Assembly: GCA_964016885.1 (NCBI GenBank)
Contig: OZ024741.1
Span: 318,494,001 to 318,558,000 of the forward strand
DNA length: 64,000 bases
DNA from: Eledone cirrhosa
Lineage: Eukaryota
Reading direction: 5' to 3'
A program made the translations under genes and the position numbers. Shown piece after piece: positions 40,121 to 53,538 of the stretch. Position 1 is the stretch's first letter; each line of letters starts with the position of its first letter. The notes under the pieces were generated by a model, which had not been told where the DNA came from, searched no databases, and was given only the letters and a program-made list of their open reading frames with translations.

Positions 40121-42116
40121 TTACCTTACTTCTCGTAGGGGAAGGACGGTTTTTCCATCCTTTTCACTGCTTGTGGCTTCCTCAGGAAGGATGTCCTTAT
40201 AAATCCTCCTGGAGAGTGCTTGTCGGAAGTCTCCGATGTCTTTGGGGAATTTTTGTTTTAGTGTCATGTACGTTTTCTGTGTGATGCGAGTGATTTGTAT
40301 GTGTGCAGGTGGTGTGAATTTTGGGGTTGTTGTGTAGTCTTTTTCTGTGATGCTGGTGTTGTGTTGGATGTAGTGTAATAATTGCTTGTTGTTCAAATTT
40401 AATGCTGTGTAGTGTGTATCGTTTTGGTTGTTTTGTTTTGTTTGCGTTTGTTGTGGGTTTGTTTCTGTTTCGCATTTTGGTGACTTTTGTGGTGTAGGTG
40501 ATGGTGGTGTTGGGGTTAATGATGGTGATGGTGTTGGTGTTTGGGTTGATGGGGTTGGTGATGCTGGATGCTGGTGTGGATGGTGGCATATCTGTCCTAA
40601 CTTTTTTGTTTCTTAATTTATTTGTTTCCCTCTGTATTTTGTTTTTGGAGGGGGAAGGAAGAGAACTTTTTCTTTTTTTGTTTCTTTTTTTTTCCGGATA
40701 TCGTTTCCCACTCCTCGTCGTCACAATCTGTCTCCAGTTGTGATAGGCCGGGGAGTGGAAAATCCTCCACAGCCGTTAGTTTTGGTTGTGGCGTGGTGGA
40801 TGGTGTAGGCGCTGGTGCTAGTTCTGAAGCGTTGGGTGGTGGTGGTGTTGGTTTTGCTGGTGGTGGTGGTGGTGTTGGTTTTGCTACTGTTGCTGGGGTC
40901 GTTGCTGTTATAGTTGCTTCTGTTGTTGCTGCTACATTTGTTGCTGCCATCTCTGCTACTGGTGGTGTTGATGTTTGTGTCACTGGGGTGGGTAGGAGAG
41001 GTGGCCTCAACCTTTTAGCCTGAGGGCAGAAAGCCCTTAGGTGGGTTCCTTCACCACAAACGACACACCTAGGTCTTCTGCCCTCGACAATTACCGTGAG
41101 GTGGCTGCCGTCAGTGAGGTCTATTACCTCTGGGATCTCCTCAATGCTTTTTTGGTCCGCTTGGATCAGGAGCTCCATCCCAGATCCGGACCAGTTTTCC
41201 TGCTTTTCTTTTGCTACTGCTATTATTTTCGTGTTGGCTTCGATGCCGGCGAGGACGGCCGCTATTAGCCAGGGAATTTCGATGGCCGGTGGAACGTGGG
41301 TCACCCTGATCTTTACGAGTCTCTGGCCACAATAGCTTGGGACGAGTGTGAAGTCGTCACTTTTTAATGGGGCCATGGAGTGTTCTCTAGCCTCCTCTGG
41401 TGTTTCAAAGAACACGTCCACGGTTCCATACTTTTGCCCACGTCTGATGTGGGTTTTTCTTGCCCACACATGTCCCAAAGCTTTTTGGATTTGGGACTCG
41501 GATGCCCGTTCCACTCGGCGCGATTTTACATTTATTGTTCTATACGACACGGTGCATAGGCGCCGATGATCCATTTTATTAGGTGTGGGGGGGGTGTGAG
41601 GCTGACCCTGTACCCATCTTTCTTTACCATTTGTTTGGCATTTTCTAAATCCTCCTGAGTTACCGTACAAGCTTCGAATTGTTTTGCTACTCTGGCGAAA
41701 CTGAGGGTCGGTTTTATAATGTCATTGTTGTTGTTGTTGCTATCGTTAATATTAATTTTAGTTTCAGTTGTGGTGGTGGTGACGTCAGTCGTCTTTGGTG
41801 CGGAAGAGTCCATTTTGCTTGATTTCATTTCGACATCACGAGTTAATTTATTTTTTTCTTCTTTTGTTTCTGTTGTCGCGGTGGTGGTGGGGGTGGTGGT
41901 TGTCGCGGTGGTGGTGGTGGTGGAGTCTTTAACACCTGCAGTCATTGGTAATGGCGGGAAATGAATGTCTGCCTGAGACAAATTTAAAATATTGCTACTG
42001 CTTATATTTTTTTTTGTGTTGGCAAACGTAGTAACATTTACAATGGTGGTGTCGGTGTGAGGTGTTATTTTGTGAGGAAGGCTTTCAGCTGCTTCGTGCA
42101 GAGGGGAATTAGCCAT
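40121..42116 (-). CDS. ORF1p (gag-like) with zinc knuckle, split by frameshifts
   Basis: Starts MANSPLH; CVVCGEGTHLRAFC knuckle; Pro/Thr-rich linker; frame breaks at a G-run (about 41590), a T-run (about 40690) and probably about 40370. Confidence 0.75.
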
Positions 42117-42354
42117 TTTTTTTAAAAGAAATTTTTGGATAATAATAAAAGTTAAAATTTTGGGCACAAGGCCCCAATCTTTTTGGGTGTCCTTTTCGGA
42201 AAACAATGTATGTGTGCTTATAAACAGTTAACAATAAAATTTTCCATAAATGGCAATTTTTAACAAACGGAAATAACAAACCTTTGCGGAGCTCACGATG
42301 ATACGATTTACTACGTAGGTCGCCAATAATAATAATAATAATAATAATAATAAT

Positions 42355-44975
42355 TTAAAAAAAACATAGGCACTAAAAATAGACTGGAAATAAAGTACAA
42401 AACTAGGAGGAAAAAGCTAAATATTATCATAGAGGAACTGAAGCAACGCATTGTAGCAAAGAGTGCAAAAATCAGGCGATACGAGAACAGAGTCAGTCAG
42501 TATAAACAGAACCGCATGTTCGACAACAACCAGAAGATGCTGTTTGGACAGCTTGAGGGGAAAGAAAGAGGCAACGACTTGATCCCTGGGGCGGAGCAAA
42601 CTAAAACATTCTGGAGAGGAATATGGGAGCAGGATGTTAGACATAATGTCCAGGCAGGGTGGATTGAGACAGTACAGAGGGAGATCGGTGAGCAGGCACA
42701 CCAACAAACTGATTTGAGTATCACAGTTGAAACTCTTAAGGGGCAGGCCAAAAAACTAACCAACTGGAAATCACCAGGCCCAGATGGTGTGCAGGGGTAT
42801 TGGATTAAAAATTTAACATCCCTCCACCCGAAGCTGACGGCCATGTTCAATGACTGCTTGGTGTCGGGTGAGGTGCCAGAGTGGTTGACAAAAGGTACCA
42901 CAGTTCTGATAATGAAAGACCGAATCAAGGGTAATGATGTTACCAACTATAGACCTATCACATGTCTGTCCGTAATGTGGAAACTTGACGAGCATTGTGT
43001 CTGAGGAAATCTACCATCACCTCCACACAAACAACTTGTTACCGGACGAACAGAAAGGATGCCGAAAGAAGTCACGTGGTACAAAGGACCAGTTACTTAT
43101 TGATAAGATGGTAATGGGGAATTGCAGGAGGAGACACACTGATCTTGCCATGGGATGGATAGACTACAGAAAGGCATTTGACATGGTACCTCATTCTTGG
43201 ATCACCAAAAGCGTGGAGATCTTCAGGGTGTCAGATAACATCAGACAGTTGCTGGGCAGGAGTATGGGGTCCTGGGAGACAGAGTTGACATCAACTGGAG
43301 TATCCTTGGGAAGCGTGAAGATCAAGAGAGGTATCTTCCAGGGAGATAGCCTGTCCCCTCTGTTGTTTGTCCTTGCCCTGATGCCCTTGACCATTATGCT
43401 GCGAAAAGTGAGAGCAGGATACAAGTTGGGAAAGGGAGAGCTTACCATCAATCACCTCCTCTTCATGGACGATCTTAAGCTCTTCGGGAAAAGTGAGAAG
43501 GAGTTGGATGTGCTTGTTGACACTGTCCGTATTTTCAGCAGTGATATATGTATGCAGTTTGGTATTAGTAAATGTGGAGTCATTGTGATGAGGAGGGGTA
43601 GGTTGAGCAGAAGCAACGGGATCCAGATACCAACAGGTGAGATGATAAAGGAAATTGACTCTGAGGAAGGATACAAGTATTTGGGCGTTCTGGAGGCTGA
43701 TGGCATAAAGAACAAAAAAATGAAGGAATTGTTAAGAACTGAATACATTCGGAGAGTAAGGAGCGTATTGAAGTCACATCTGAACAGCAGAAATGCCATA
43801 AGCGCAGTAAATTCCCGAGCTGTGTCTATTATTAGGTACAGTGCGGGAATTCTGAGATGGAATGTTGCTGAACAAAAAGAAATGGATAGGAAGACTAGGA
43901 AGCTATTGACTATCTACAACATGTTCCACAAGAGGAGTGATGTCGATAGACTCTACCTAAGGAGATCTGAGGGTGGAAGAGGTCTTATCAGCATAGAGGA
44001 CTGTGTTCAGATGGAGAAAAACAACCTATACAAATACGTGACCTATAGTAAGGAGCCAATGCTCAGAACTGTACTGAAGGAGGGTACAGTAGGCCAGGGG
44101 ATGTCCAAGGAGGAAATAACATCAAGGCGGAAGAGCAGCCTTAAGGGAAAATCCTTTCATAGTACCTTCTTTGAGAAAACTGAATTTAGAGATCCACAGA
44201 CATGGAACTGGTTGAGAAGAGGAGACCTCAAAAAGGCTACAGAAGGAATGCTAATGGCTGCGCAAGAGCAGGCCCTCAAAACGAAGTGGTTGAAGCACCA
44301 TATTTACAAGGAGGAGGCTAGCCCACTGTGCAGGATCTGTGGAGAGAGAGAGGAGACTGTGGCTCACATTGTGTCCGAGTGTAAACACCTAGCCCAGACC
44401 CACTATAAAGGCTGGAGACACGATGTGATGGGCAGGGTGATCCACTGGCACCTGTGCAAAGTAAACAATTTACCACATTCTGAGAAATGGTATGAGCATA
44501 GGCCAGAGGCGGTGATGGAGAACAATCAGGTGAAGGTGCTGTGGGATTTTAGGATACAGACGGACAAAAAACTGGAACACAATAGACCTGACCTGGTGGT
44601 TGTGGACAAAGAAAAAAGATCGTGTCTGATTGTGGATGTGACCTGCCCTTTCGACACGAGAGTGCAAGAGAAGGAGAGGGAGAAAATTAACCGATACCAG
44701 GACCTAAAGTGGGAGGTGAAAAGGATTTGGAACTGCCATGAAGTCAAAGTGATCCCGATTGTCATAGGCGCACTGGGGACTATCTCCAAAAGTTTCCAGG
44801 GATGGTTAAAGAAAATCAGCCCCGTCACGCTTTTTGGAACGCTTCAAAAGGCATGCTTGCTTGGAACAGCAAGAACCCTCCGATACGTCCTGAATATCTG
44901 AGGCTGCAGGTAGTGGCTTGATATTCATTCCAACGGACTTTCCAGTTAACCAACATCAATGACTGAGATTCAAGG
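42355..44975 (+). mobile_element. R4/Dong-type non-LTR element, family A, 5'-truncated (RT plus restriction-like endonuclease)
   Basis: [38 protein letters not shown]...[17 protein letters not shown]; one frameshift at about 42985; ends in (AAT)n. Confidence 0.93.
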
Positions 44976-44984
44976 AATAACAAC

Positions 44985-45021
<37 letters not shown>

Positions 45022-45022
<1 letters not shown>

Positions 45023-45230
45023 GGCGCACTGGGGACTATCTCCAAAAGTTTCCAGGGATGGTTAAAGAAAATCGGCCCCTTCACGCTTTTTGGAACGCTT
45101 CAAAAGGCATGCTTGCTGGGAACAGCAAGAACCCTCCGATACGTCCTGAATATCTGAGGCTGCAGGTAGTGGCTTGATATTCATTCCAACGGACTTTCCA
45201 GTTAACTAACATCAATGACTGAGACTCAAG
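45022..45230 (+). mobile_element. R4/Dong family A 3' fragment
   Basis: Near-identical to 44766-44975. Confidence 0.92.
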
Positions 45231-45293
<63 letters not shown>

Positions 45294-45295
<2 letters not shown>

Positions 45296-45571
45296 GGCGC
45301 TCTGGGAATGATACCTAAGGGGTCTAACGACTACTTATCGCAAATCCCAGGAAACCCGCGTATAGGAGAAATACAAAAGATAGTACTAATGGGAACTGCC
45401 CATATACTAAGGAAGATCCTGTCAATATAAGTCCATCACAAGTCTAAACACTAAGGATGCATGTGTGAATATGTATGTTCTTTCTTGAACATGGCGGACC
45501 TTGTTGTCTCTTGAGGTCACTGGTTGTGACTTGGTGATAACTCGTATAAACATAAAGCAAGATAAATGCAA
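45294..45571 (+). mobile_element. R4/Dong family B 3' fragment
   Basis: Near-identical to 48387-48664. Confidence 0.92.
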
Positions 45572-45585
45572 ATAATAATAATAAT

Positions 45586-45614
45586 AACTAACATCAATGA
45601 CTGAGACTCAAGGA
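45586..45614 (+). mobile_element. R4/Dong family A terminal fragment of about 28 bp
   Basis: ACTAACATCAATGACTGAGACTCAAGG between AAT runs. Confidence 0.85.
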
Positions 45615-45658
45615 ATAATAATAATAATAATAATAATAAAAATAATAATAATAATAAT

Positions 45659-46066
45659 AAAACTGGAACACAATAGACCTGACCTGGTGGTTGTGGACAA
45701 AGAAAAAAGATCGTGTCTGATTGTGGATGTGGCCTGCCCTTTCGACACGAGAGTGCAAGAGAAGGAGAGGGAGAAAATTAACCGATACCAGGACCTAAAG
45801 TGGGAGGTGAAAAGGATTTGGAACTGCCATGAAGTCAAAGTGATCCCGATTGTCATAGGCGCACTGGGGACTATCTCCAAAAGTTTCCAGGGATGGTTAA
45901 AGAAAATCGGCCCCGTCACGCTTTTTGGAACGCTTCAAAAGGCATGCTTGCTTGGAACAGCAAGAACCCTCCGATACGTCCTGAATATCTGAGGCTGCAG
46001 GTAGTGGCTTGATATTCATTCCAACGGACTTTCCAGTTAACCAACATCAATGACTGAGATTCAAGG
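45659..46066 (+). mobile_element. R4/Dong family A 3' fragment
   Basis: Near-identical to 44568-44975. Confidence 0.92.
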
Positions 46067-46095
46067 AATAACAACAATAATAATAATAATAATAA

Positions 46096-48667
46096 TCAAT
46101 ACCACCCAAGGAAGAAATGCAAGAATTTTAGGAAAAGATCTGGGCCAAAGAAAAAGTTCATAACATACATGCCCCATGGATAGACAGACAAATGAAAGAT
46201 ACAGCTCACAAACATGGGAAAATATAACAGTTGAACAGTTGCGCTTGGCTCTAAGAAAAACCAGCAAATGGAAATCCCCAGGAAAAGACAAAATACAAAA
46301 CTTTTGGATAAATGCCTTCACAGAGTCTCATGAGCTGTTAGCCCAACTTTACAATGAAATAGTTAAGGAGCCAGAAAAGATACCTTCATGGCTAGTTAAC
46401 GGCATTACATTCCTGCTTCCGAAGAATGATGAGACAAACAATCCCAAAAATTACAGACCGATAACTTGCTTGACCACAATGTATAAAATTTTAACATCAG
46501 TCCTAACTGAATACACATATGACCACCTGATAACAAATGACCTATTTCCCATTGAGCAGAAAGGGTGTAAACGAGGCTCATATGGCTGTAAGGATCAGCT
46601 TCTGGTTAACAAAATGATACTGGAAGATTGTCATAATAGACACAAAAATCTATCGATTGCTTGGATAGATTATAAAAAAGCATTCGATAGTTTGCCACAC
46701 AGTTGGATTGAAAAATGTTTAGAGATTTTCAAAATATCCCCCGTTGTCAGGAGGTTTTTGTCATTCAGTATGAAGACATGGAAAACGACACTCCTTTTGA
46801 ATAGTGAAACAAAATCACTGGAAGCTGGAGAAGTTAATATTAATTGTGGAATTTTTCAGGTTGACTCTTTATCACCGCTTTTACTCTGCATCGCACTTAT
46901 ACCATTAAGTAAAATGCTCAATGAAACAAAACATGGATATAAAGTCTATGACAAAACCATTAATCACCTGTTCTACATGGATGACCTGAAACTATTTGCA
47001 AAAAATGATGAACAATTGCAAGGGCTATTATCCACTGTGAAGCAGTTCAGTGATGACATTAAAATGGAGTTTGGATTAGATAAATGCGCCAAAGCAACGT
47101 TCACCAGAGGAAAGCTGCTGAAGAGTTCAGACATTAATCTTGATCGGGGGAACGTGATAAGAGAACTTGATCAAGAAAAAACTTACAAATATCTAGGTGT
47201 TTGTGAAGGAGACGGAATCAAGCACTCGACAATGAGGGAAAGGATAAGGAAGGAATGTTACCGCAGAGTAAGAGCAATCTTAAGAACGGAATTGAATGCA
47301 AGGAATAGGATCGATGCCATAAACACGCTTGCCATACCAGTAGTAACCTACAGTTACAATGTCATCAACTGGTCAAGCACAGAGATCCGTAGACTCGATA
47401 CAAAAATTCGAAAATTCTTAACCATGCACAGAATGCATCACCCTAAGCAGATATAGATAGAATATATCTCCCTAGGAAAGAAGGAGGACGTGGGTTAATC
47501 CAGTTAGACATTGCGTTGAAAACTGCAACAATTGGATTATCTACATATCTAAGGGAATCACATGATTGGATGATCAAACTCGTTTTGAAACACGAAAGCA
47601 TCAAAAGATCATATTCTATTACAAAAGATGCACAAAGATACAGTAATGGACTACAAATTTCAGAAGTCTAATTTACTGCTGAAATGGAAAACACAGAAAA
47701 AGCAAAGCAGGTAAAAGTAACTGCAAAGAAAGAACTGCTACAGAAACTGGCTAAGAAATGGCAAGAAAAGCCTATGTATGGAAAATACCCAGAGCGAGCT
47801 AACAATCCTGATGTTGACAAAACTTTAACCCATCAGTGGTTGGCATCCTCTGGACTGAAATCGGAGACTGAAGGACTGATTATATCGGCACAAGATCAGT
47901 GTCTGCCAACAAAAAATTACCAAGCCAACATAATAAAAAATGGGTGCAGCCCATTATGCCGTGTATGCAAAAAACAACCAGAGACCATTGACCATATAAT
48001 TTCAATGTGCAGTCCTATAGCTCCAACCGAATACCTAAACAGGCATGACAGAGCTGCACAATACATACATTGGATAATGTGTAAGCATTTTGACCTGCCC
48101 CATCAAAAGAATTGGTGGGAGCATCAACCACCTCCCATACTTGAAAAAGATCACATCTCAATCTTGTGGAACTTTAGCATCCAAACAGACCGAAAAATAG
48201 ATGCAAACAGACCTGATATAATATTGAAAGACTTTCAAAAGAGGGTATGCCTGCTAATTGATATGTCTGTTCCAATAGACAAGAATGTATCTATAAAAAC
48301 ATTTGAAAAATTTAGCAAGTATAAGGACCTGGAGATAGAAATTGGAAAAATGTGGAAATTGAGAACTAAAACAATACCAGTAGTTGTAGGCGCTCTGGGA
48401 ATGATACCTAAGGGGGCTAATGATTACTTATCGCAAATCCCAGGAAACCCGCGTATAGGAGAAATACAAAAGATAGTACTAATGGGAACTGCCCATATAC
48501 TAAGGAAGATTCTGTCAATATAAGTACATCACAAGTCTAAACACTAAAGATGCATGTGTGAATATGTATGTTCTTTCTTGAACATGGCGGACCTTGTTGT
48601 CTCTTGAGGTCACTGGTTGTGACTTGGTGATAACTCGTATGAACATAGAGCAAGATAAATGCAACTG
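46096..48667 (+). mobile_element. R4/Dong-type element, family B, 5'-truncated and disrupted
   Basis: WKSPGKD, YRPITCL, YMDD, CRVC...HIISMC, RHD, RPDIILKD; frameshift at about 47450 and stop at about 47670. Confidence 0.92.
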
Positions 48668-48954
48668 TAATAATAATAATAATAATAATAATATTAATAA
48701 TGTCCGTTTACAATTGTTTCGCTACTCCATATAATGTTTCTGGATCAAATGATTATAGATCATTATTGAGGTGGTTCAGTTGAGGATAAGTAACTTAGGT
48801 AAAATTAGAGCAGCTGATCTGAACTTCAAACGGAACATGGAATATGGAACATTACATTCATGTAACATTCTTTCTTTATTTTAATTTATATTCCTTTTGA
48901 AGTTCCGATGAACTCCTCTAATTTTACCTAAGTTAATTATCTTCAACTGAACCA

Positions 48955-49146
48955 GGGCGGTGGATTGGCAGTATCGGTAGAGGGTCGGACGCCATGCTTT
49001 CCACCATAGTTACGTCCCTTTACGATCTGAGTTCAAATCCCGCCAAGGTTGACTTTGCCTTTCAGCCTTACGGGGTCGATAAAATAAAGTACCAGTAATG
49101 CACTGGGTAATTTGCTGGCCTTGTGCCTAAAGTAGAAACAATTATT
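48955..49146 (+). mobile_element. Full-length tRNA-derived SINE (main family; body resembles the Meta domain from memory)
   Basis: A-box TTGGCAGTATCGG, B-box GAGTTCAAATCC, GCCTTTCAGCCTTACGGGGTCGATAAAATAAAGTACCAG, ATT tail. Confidence 0.88.
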
Positions 49147-50158
49147 AATATTATTATTATTATTCTCTTCATTCCTTACATTAAACTAAAACTATGTTGA
49201 CAATCTTTTAATAATGTCTTCCTTGTGAAATTTGTGGTCTTGTTTTGCTTAACTAATGAATATATATAATATATATATATTATATGTATATATTATATAT
49301 ATATATAATATATATATTATATATTATATATATATATTATATATATATAATATATATATATATATATAATATATATATATATAATATATATATATATATA
49401 ATACGATATTAAATAAATGGAAACTATATTTATAAAACCATATTTATTTCATTATATATATTTCAGGGATATCATATTAACAATATGTTATGCCTTCTTC
49501 AGACAAAATACAATATAGACAGTTTTATAGATAAATAGATTTGACATACCGTTCAACATCGACTTGTATTTGAAAAAGTTGATTTGGCAGTGAAAAATTG
49601 TAAACAGAAAGAAAGAAAGAAAGAAAGAAGGAAAGAAAGAAAGAAAACGAAGAAAAAGAAGAAAAAGAAGAAATGCATGCAACAAAATAGAGAGATGGAA
49701 AGATAGATAAAGAGAAGAACTTCATGTAAAGAAACAGAGAGAGATATATATAGAGAGAGGAAATAGATAGAGATAGATATATATAGAGAAAAGTAGGTAG
49801 TTGAACGACGTATCAATGATACATTTATTTATTTATTTATTTATTTAGCTCTAGTATTAATGTAAGGGAGATATATGTGGTTAGGAAAGAAACCAGCCGT
49901 TATATAGAGAGAAAAATGAAAAGTAACCAGACATAGGCGAGGCAGAATTTAAAAACCCTATGTTTTAATGTAGAAATATTAGTTCGTATAAAAACCAGGC
50001 ACTATAATGTAAATATCAGTATTCCTGAATGAGACACGTATCTATAATGTGTGAAAAGTAATGATCTTATGTCTAGTTTTAAAAATTCATATGTTTATAT
50101 GATAACTACAAACATCGATGTGAATTTACGTGATCAACTCTGCAAACCCCTATTTCAC

Positions 50159-52137
50159 GATATAATTTCTATCATACAAGGGGTCAAATTCAAGAGAAAC
50201 TTCAAAGGCCAGGAATATCTGAAAGGCATTAAGGATAATATTGAGAGCTTAGAGAAAACTGAGAAGATCTTGGTGAAATCTGACAAGACCAACAACCTCT
50301 ATGGAGTGCAGAAAGACATGTATAATGGCCTCATACTGAAGGAACTGAGGAAAAAGTACAAGGTAGCAGATAAGGCCGAGCTTGAGAAAATGAATGTTGA
50401 AGCATCTTGTATAATGCACGAGTTGGAAATTGAGAACAGAACACAACCTTTCGTGCCCAGGAAACCGAAGATCAATATGAAAGATCACAAAAGGAATTTT
50501 GAAAATGACTTGCCAGTTAGATTGATCGCACCATCAAAATCGGACCTGGGCAAATTAAGCAAAAACATTCTTGACAGGGTGATACAGCAAATTAAAAACT
50601 TGGATTGTTTACCTAACCTGAGCTTGTGGAAGGGAACTGGAGAGGTTGTTGAGTGGTTTAAGCAAATTAAATATAACAATAATAATAAGTTTATTCAACT
50701 TGATATTGCTAACTATTATTCTTCTATTACCCCTAATCTACTAAATAAGGCACTAAATTACGCATTCAAACATACAGACCTAACTAGCAATGAAATGCAC
50801 ATTATATTATCGGCTAGGAAAACATTGATAGAATTTAATGACCAACTATGGACCAGAGCAGATAGAGATAGCAATTTTGACATTACTATGGGATCATCCG
50901 ACTCAGCTCAGGTAACTGACCTTGTGGGCTTATTTTTAATCAATTCGCTACATAGGTACTACCGGAGGTTTATATAGAGATGACATGCTTTTACTTATTG
51001 ATAATAATAACTCTGAACTAAATAGAAAAAGAAAACAAATTACACAATTTTTTAATTACTTTAATCTAAAAATAGAAATTGAGAACAACCATAGAATAGT
51101 CAATTTCCTAGATATAACATTAAATCTCAACACATGTCTTCACTATCCATTTCACAAGTTGAATGAAAACTTAAACTATGTCAGCTTTAACTCTAACCAC
51201 CCCAGATCTGTCAAAAACACTATAGTAAACTCTGTTCAAAAACGTATCTCTAGAATCTCGTCTAATAGAAAGATTTTCGACGAAAAAGCCCAGTACTACA
51301 ATGAAGCGTTAGCTAGAGCAGGATATAGTGATAAGATTATGTACATAGATAATGATAGACAAACTAAATAAAATAACAACTATTTTAATTACGGCCACAA
51401 CCTTAACAACTATAATAGAAAGCATTACAATAATTCCAAAAGCCAAAAAAGAAATAGAACTAGGAACATAATATGGTTTCCCCCCCCCCCCTTTCTCACT
51501 AAACATTAAAACCCACATCGCAAAACTATTTTTTAAAGCTCTTGATAATCGCTTCCCTAGAACACATAGGTATCACTCAATTTTCAATAGACATACTATA
51601 AAATTAACCTACTCATCCACCAAAAATTTAGCACAAAATATTAATAGAATAAATAATAGGAACTTAAAACCTAGCGATAATAGCATAAATAATATACAAG
51701 TTAACAAATGTAACTGTAGAGATAGATCTAAATGTCCGTTAAATAACAACTGCTTAGTTAAAAATATAATATACAACTGTAATGTTAAAACGGACTCTAA
51801 TTCTTTTAACTACGTCGGTTCCACATCGACGGAATTTAAACTTCGCTATAATAACCACAAGAATTCTTTCACAGATCCAAGCAAAAAATCTTCAACAACA
51901 CTATCAGGTGTACTCTGGCAACTTAGGCAAGATAACGTTAGATATTCGACGGCTTGGAATATAGTCTCAAGAGGGATTCCTTTTAATTCATCCTCTGAGA
52001 CATGTGACCTCTGCGCGGAGGAGATATTCTTTATACTAAAATCTAAAAATTCCCTTAATCTACGGACAAATTTATTCAGTTGCTGCAAACATAGATTGAA
52101 CTCAACTTTTAAATATAAATTTAAATTTAAAATGTAG
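50159..52137 (+). pseudogene. PLE RT plus GIY-YIG ORF (5'-truncated, frameshifted)
   Basis: KSDKTNNLY, KDHK, LDIANYYSSI, TMGS, GLYRDD, NFLDITL, SNHP, CNCRDRSKCPL, IIY...YVG, CDLC, CKH. Confidence 0.92.
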
Positions 52138-53457
52138 TATATTTAGTTTGATTTGTAATTATTTGGGAAACTAGCCGATAAATCTTTCGATTTCTTCTTT
52201 TTATTCTTCTTTTTATTTTTATTTTTATTTTAAACATTCTTCATGAAAAATTAAACTACCCTAAAAGTTGATGCTCCAAATATATCGAATAAACGTTACA
52301 CTAGATAAACTTCTATATTAAATATAAGAACATATGTAGACCAAATGGGCATCCTAAACTTTTGAAATGATTTCTGCTAGACGCGATTTGGTAAATAATT
52401 TTTAGCTTTATCTGTTTTCGACTCTGATGCTTATAATGAACTTGGCAATATATTGTCAATTAATTTTGAAGGGTTGATCTTTGTGGTCGATTTGCGTGGC
52501 ATATTATGTTTTTATTTTTATTATTTTAATATTTTTTAATATTTTTAATATTTTCATTTTTAATATGTAATATTTTTTAGTTTTCTATTTTATTTATTTG
52601 TTTATTATTATTATTATTATTATTATTATTTTTTGTTTTTGTTTCTGATATTTTTATTAATATATTGAAATCTGTTCTCTATTTCTGCTTGATAGATAAT
52701 CATGTAGAGTAAAGACAAGAATAGTATTGTTAAAATTAATATAGACTCTATATATATGTGTATATATACACATATGTGTATACTTAAATTTTTATAGCAC
52801 AATTGAGAATGTTCTCCGTGTGAAATAGGGGTTTGCAGAGTTGATCACGTAAATTCACATCGATGTTTGTAGTTATCATATAAACATATGAATTTTTAAA
52901 ACTAGACATAAGATCATTACTTTTCACACATTATAGATACGTGTCTCATTCAGGAATACTGATATTTACATTATAGTGCCTGGTTTTTATACGAACTAAT
53001 ATTTCTACATTAAAACATAGGGTTTTTAAATTCTGCCTCGCCTATGTCTGGTTACTTTTCATTTTTCTCTCTATATAACGGCTGGTTTCTTTCCTAACCA
53101 CATATATCTCCCTTACATTAATACTAGAGCTAAATAAATAAATAAATAAATAAATGTATCATTGATACGTCGTTCAACTACCTACTTTTCTCTATATATA
53201 TCTATCTCTATCTATTTCCTCTCTCTATATATCTCTCTCTGTTTCTTTACATGAAGTTCTTCTCTTTATCTATCTTTCCATCTCTCTATTTTGTTGCATG
53301 CATTTCTTCTTTTTCTTCTTTTTCTTCGTTTTCTTTCTTTCTTTCCTTCTTTCTTTCTTTCTTTCTTTCTGTTTACAATTTTTCACTGCCAAATCAACTT
53401 TTTCAAATACAAGTCGATGTTGAACGGTATGTCAAATCTATTTATCTATAAAACTGT

Positions 53458-53538
53458 CTATATTGTATTTTGTCTGAAGAAGGCATAACATATTGTTAAT
53501 ATGATATCCCTGAAATATATATAATGAAATAAATATGG
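53458..53538 (+). ncRNA. Hammerhead ribozyme in pLTR (mirror copy on minus strand at about 49437-49517)
   Basis: Long stem I, CTGAAGA at 53474, stem II CATATT/AATATG, GAAA at 53512, palindromic ATATATAT stem III. Confidence 0.82.

Larger units (their letters stand above)
36424..42324 (-). mobile_element. Apparently full-length L1/Tx1-clade non-LTR retrotransposon
   Basis: ORF1 with CCHC knuckle plus ORF2 APE-RT-CCHC; AATAAA near the 3' end; (AAT)n on both sides. Confidence 0.93.

Noticed and set aside
37682-41964. Plus-strand ORFs overlapping the LINE
   Set aside because: Antisense shadows of GC-richer coding sequence, with no motifs.
50051-50158. Apparent N-terminus of the 308-aa ORF
   Set aside because: It lies in the inverted 3'-UTR copy and is a chance in-frame fusion to the truncated RT.
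51700-52137. Selenocysteine-encoding Naiad element
   Set aside because: Some Naiads use UGA at conserved Cys positions, but the linker and endonuclease cysteines here and at 3947-4591 are ordinary TGT/TGC codons.
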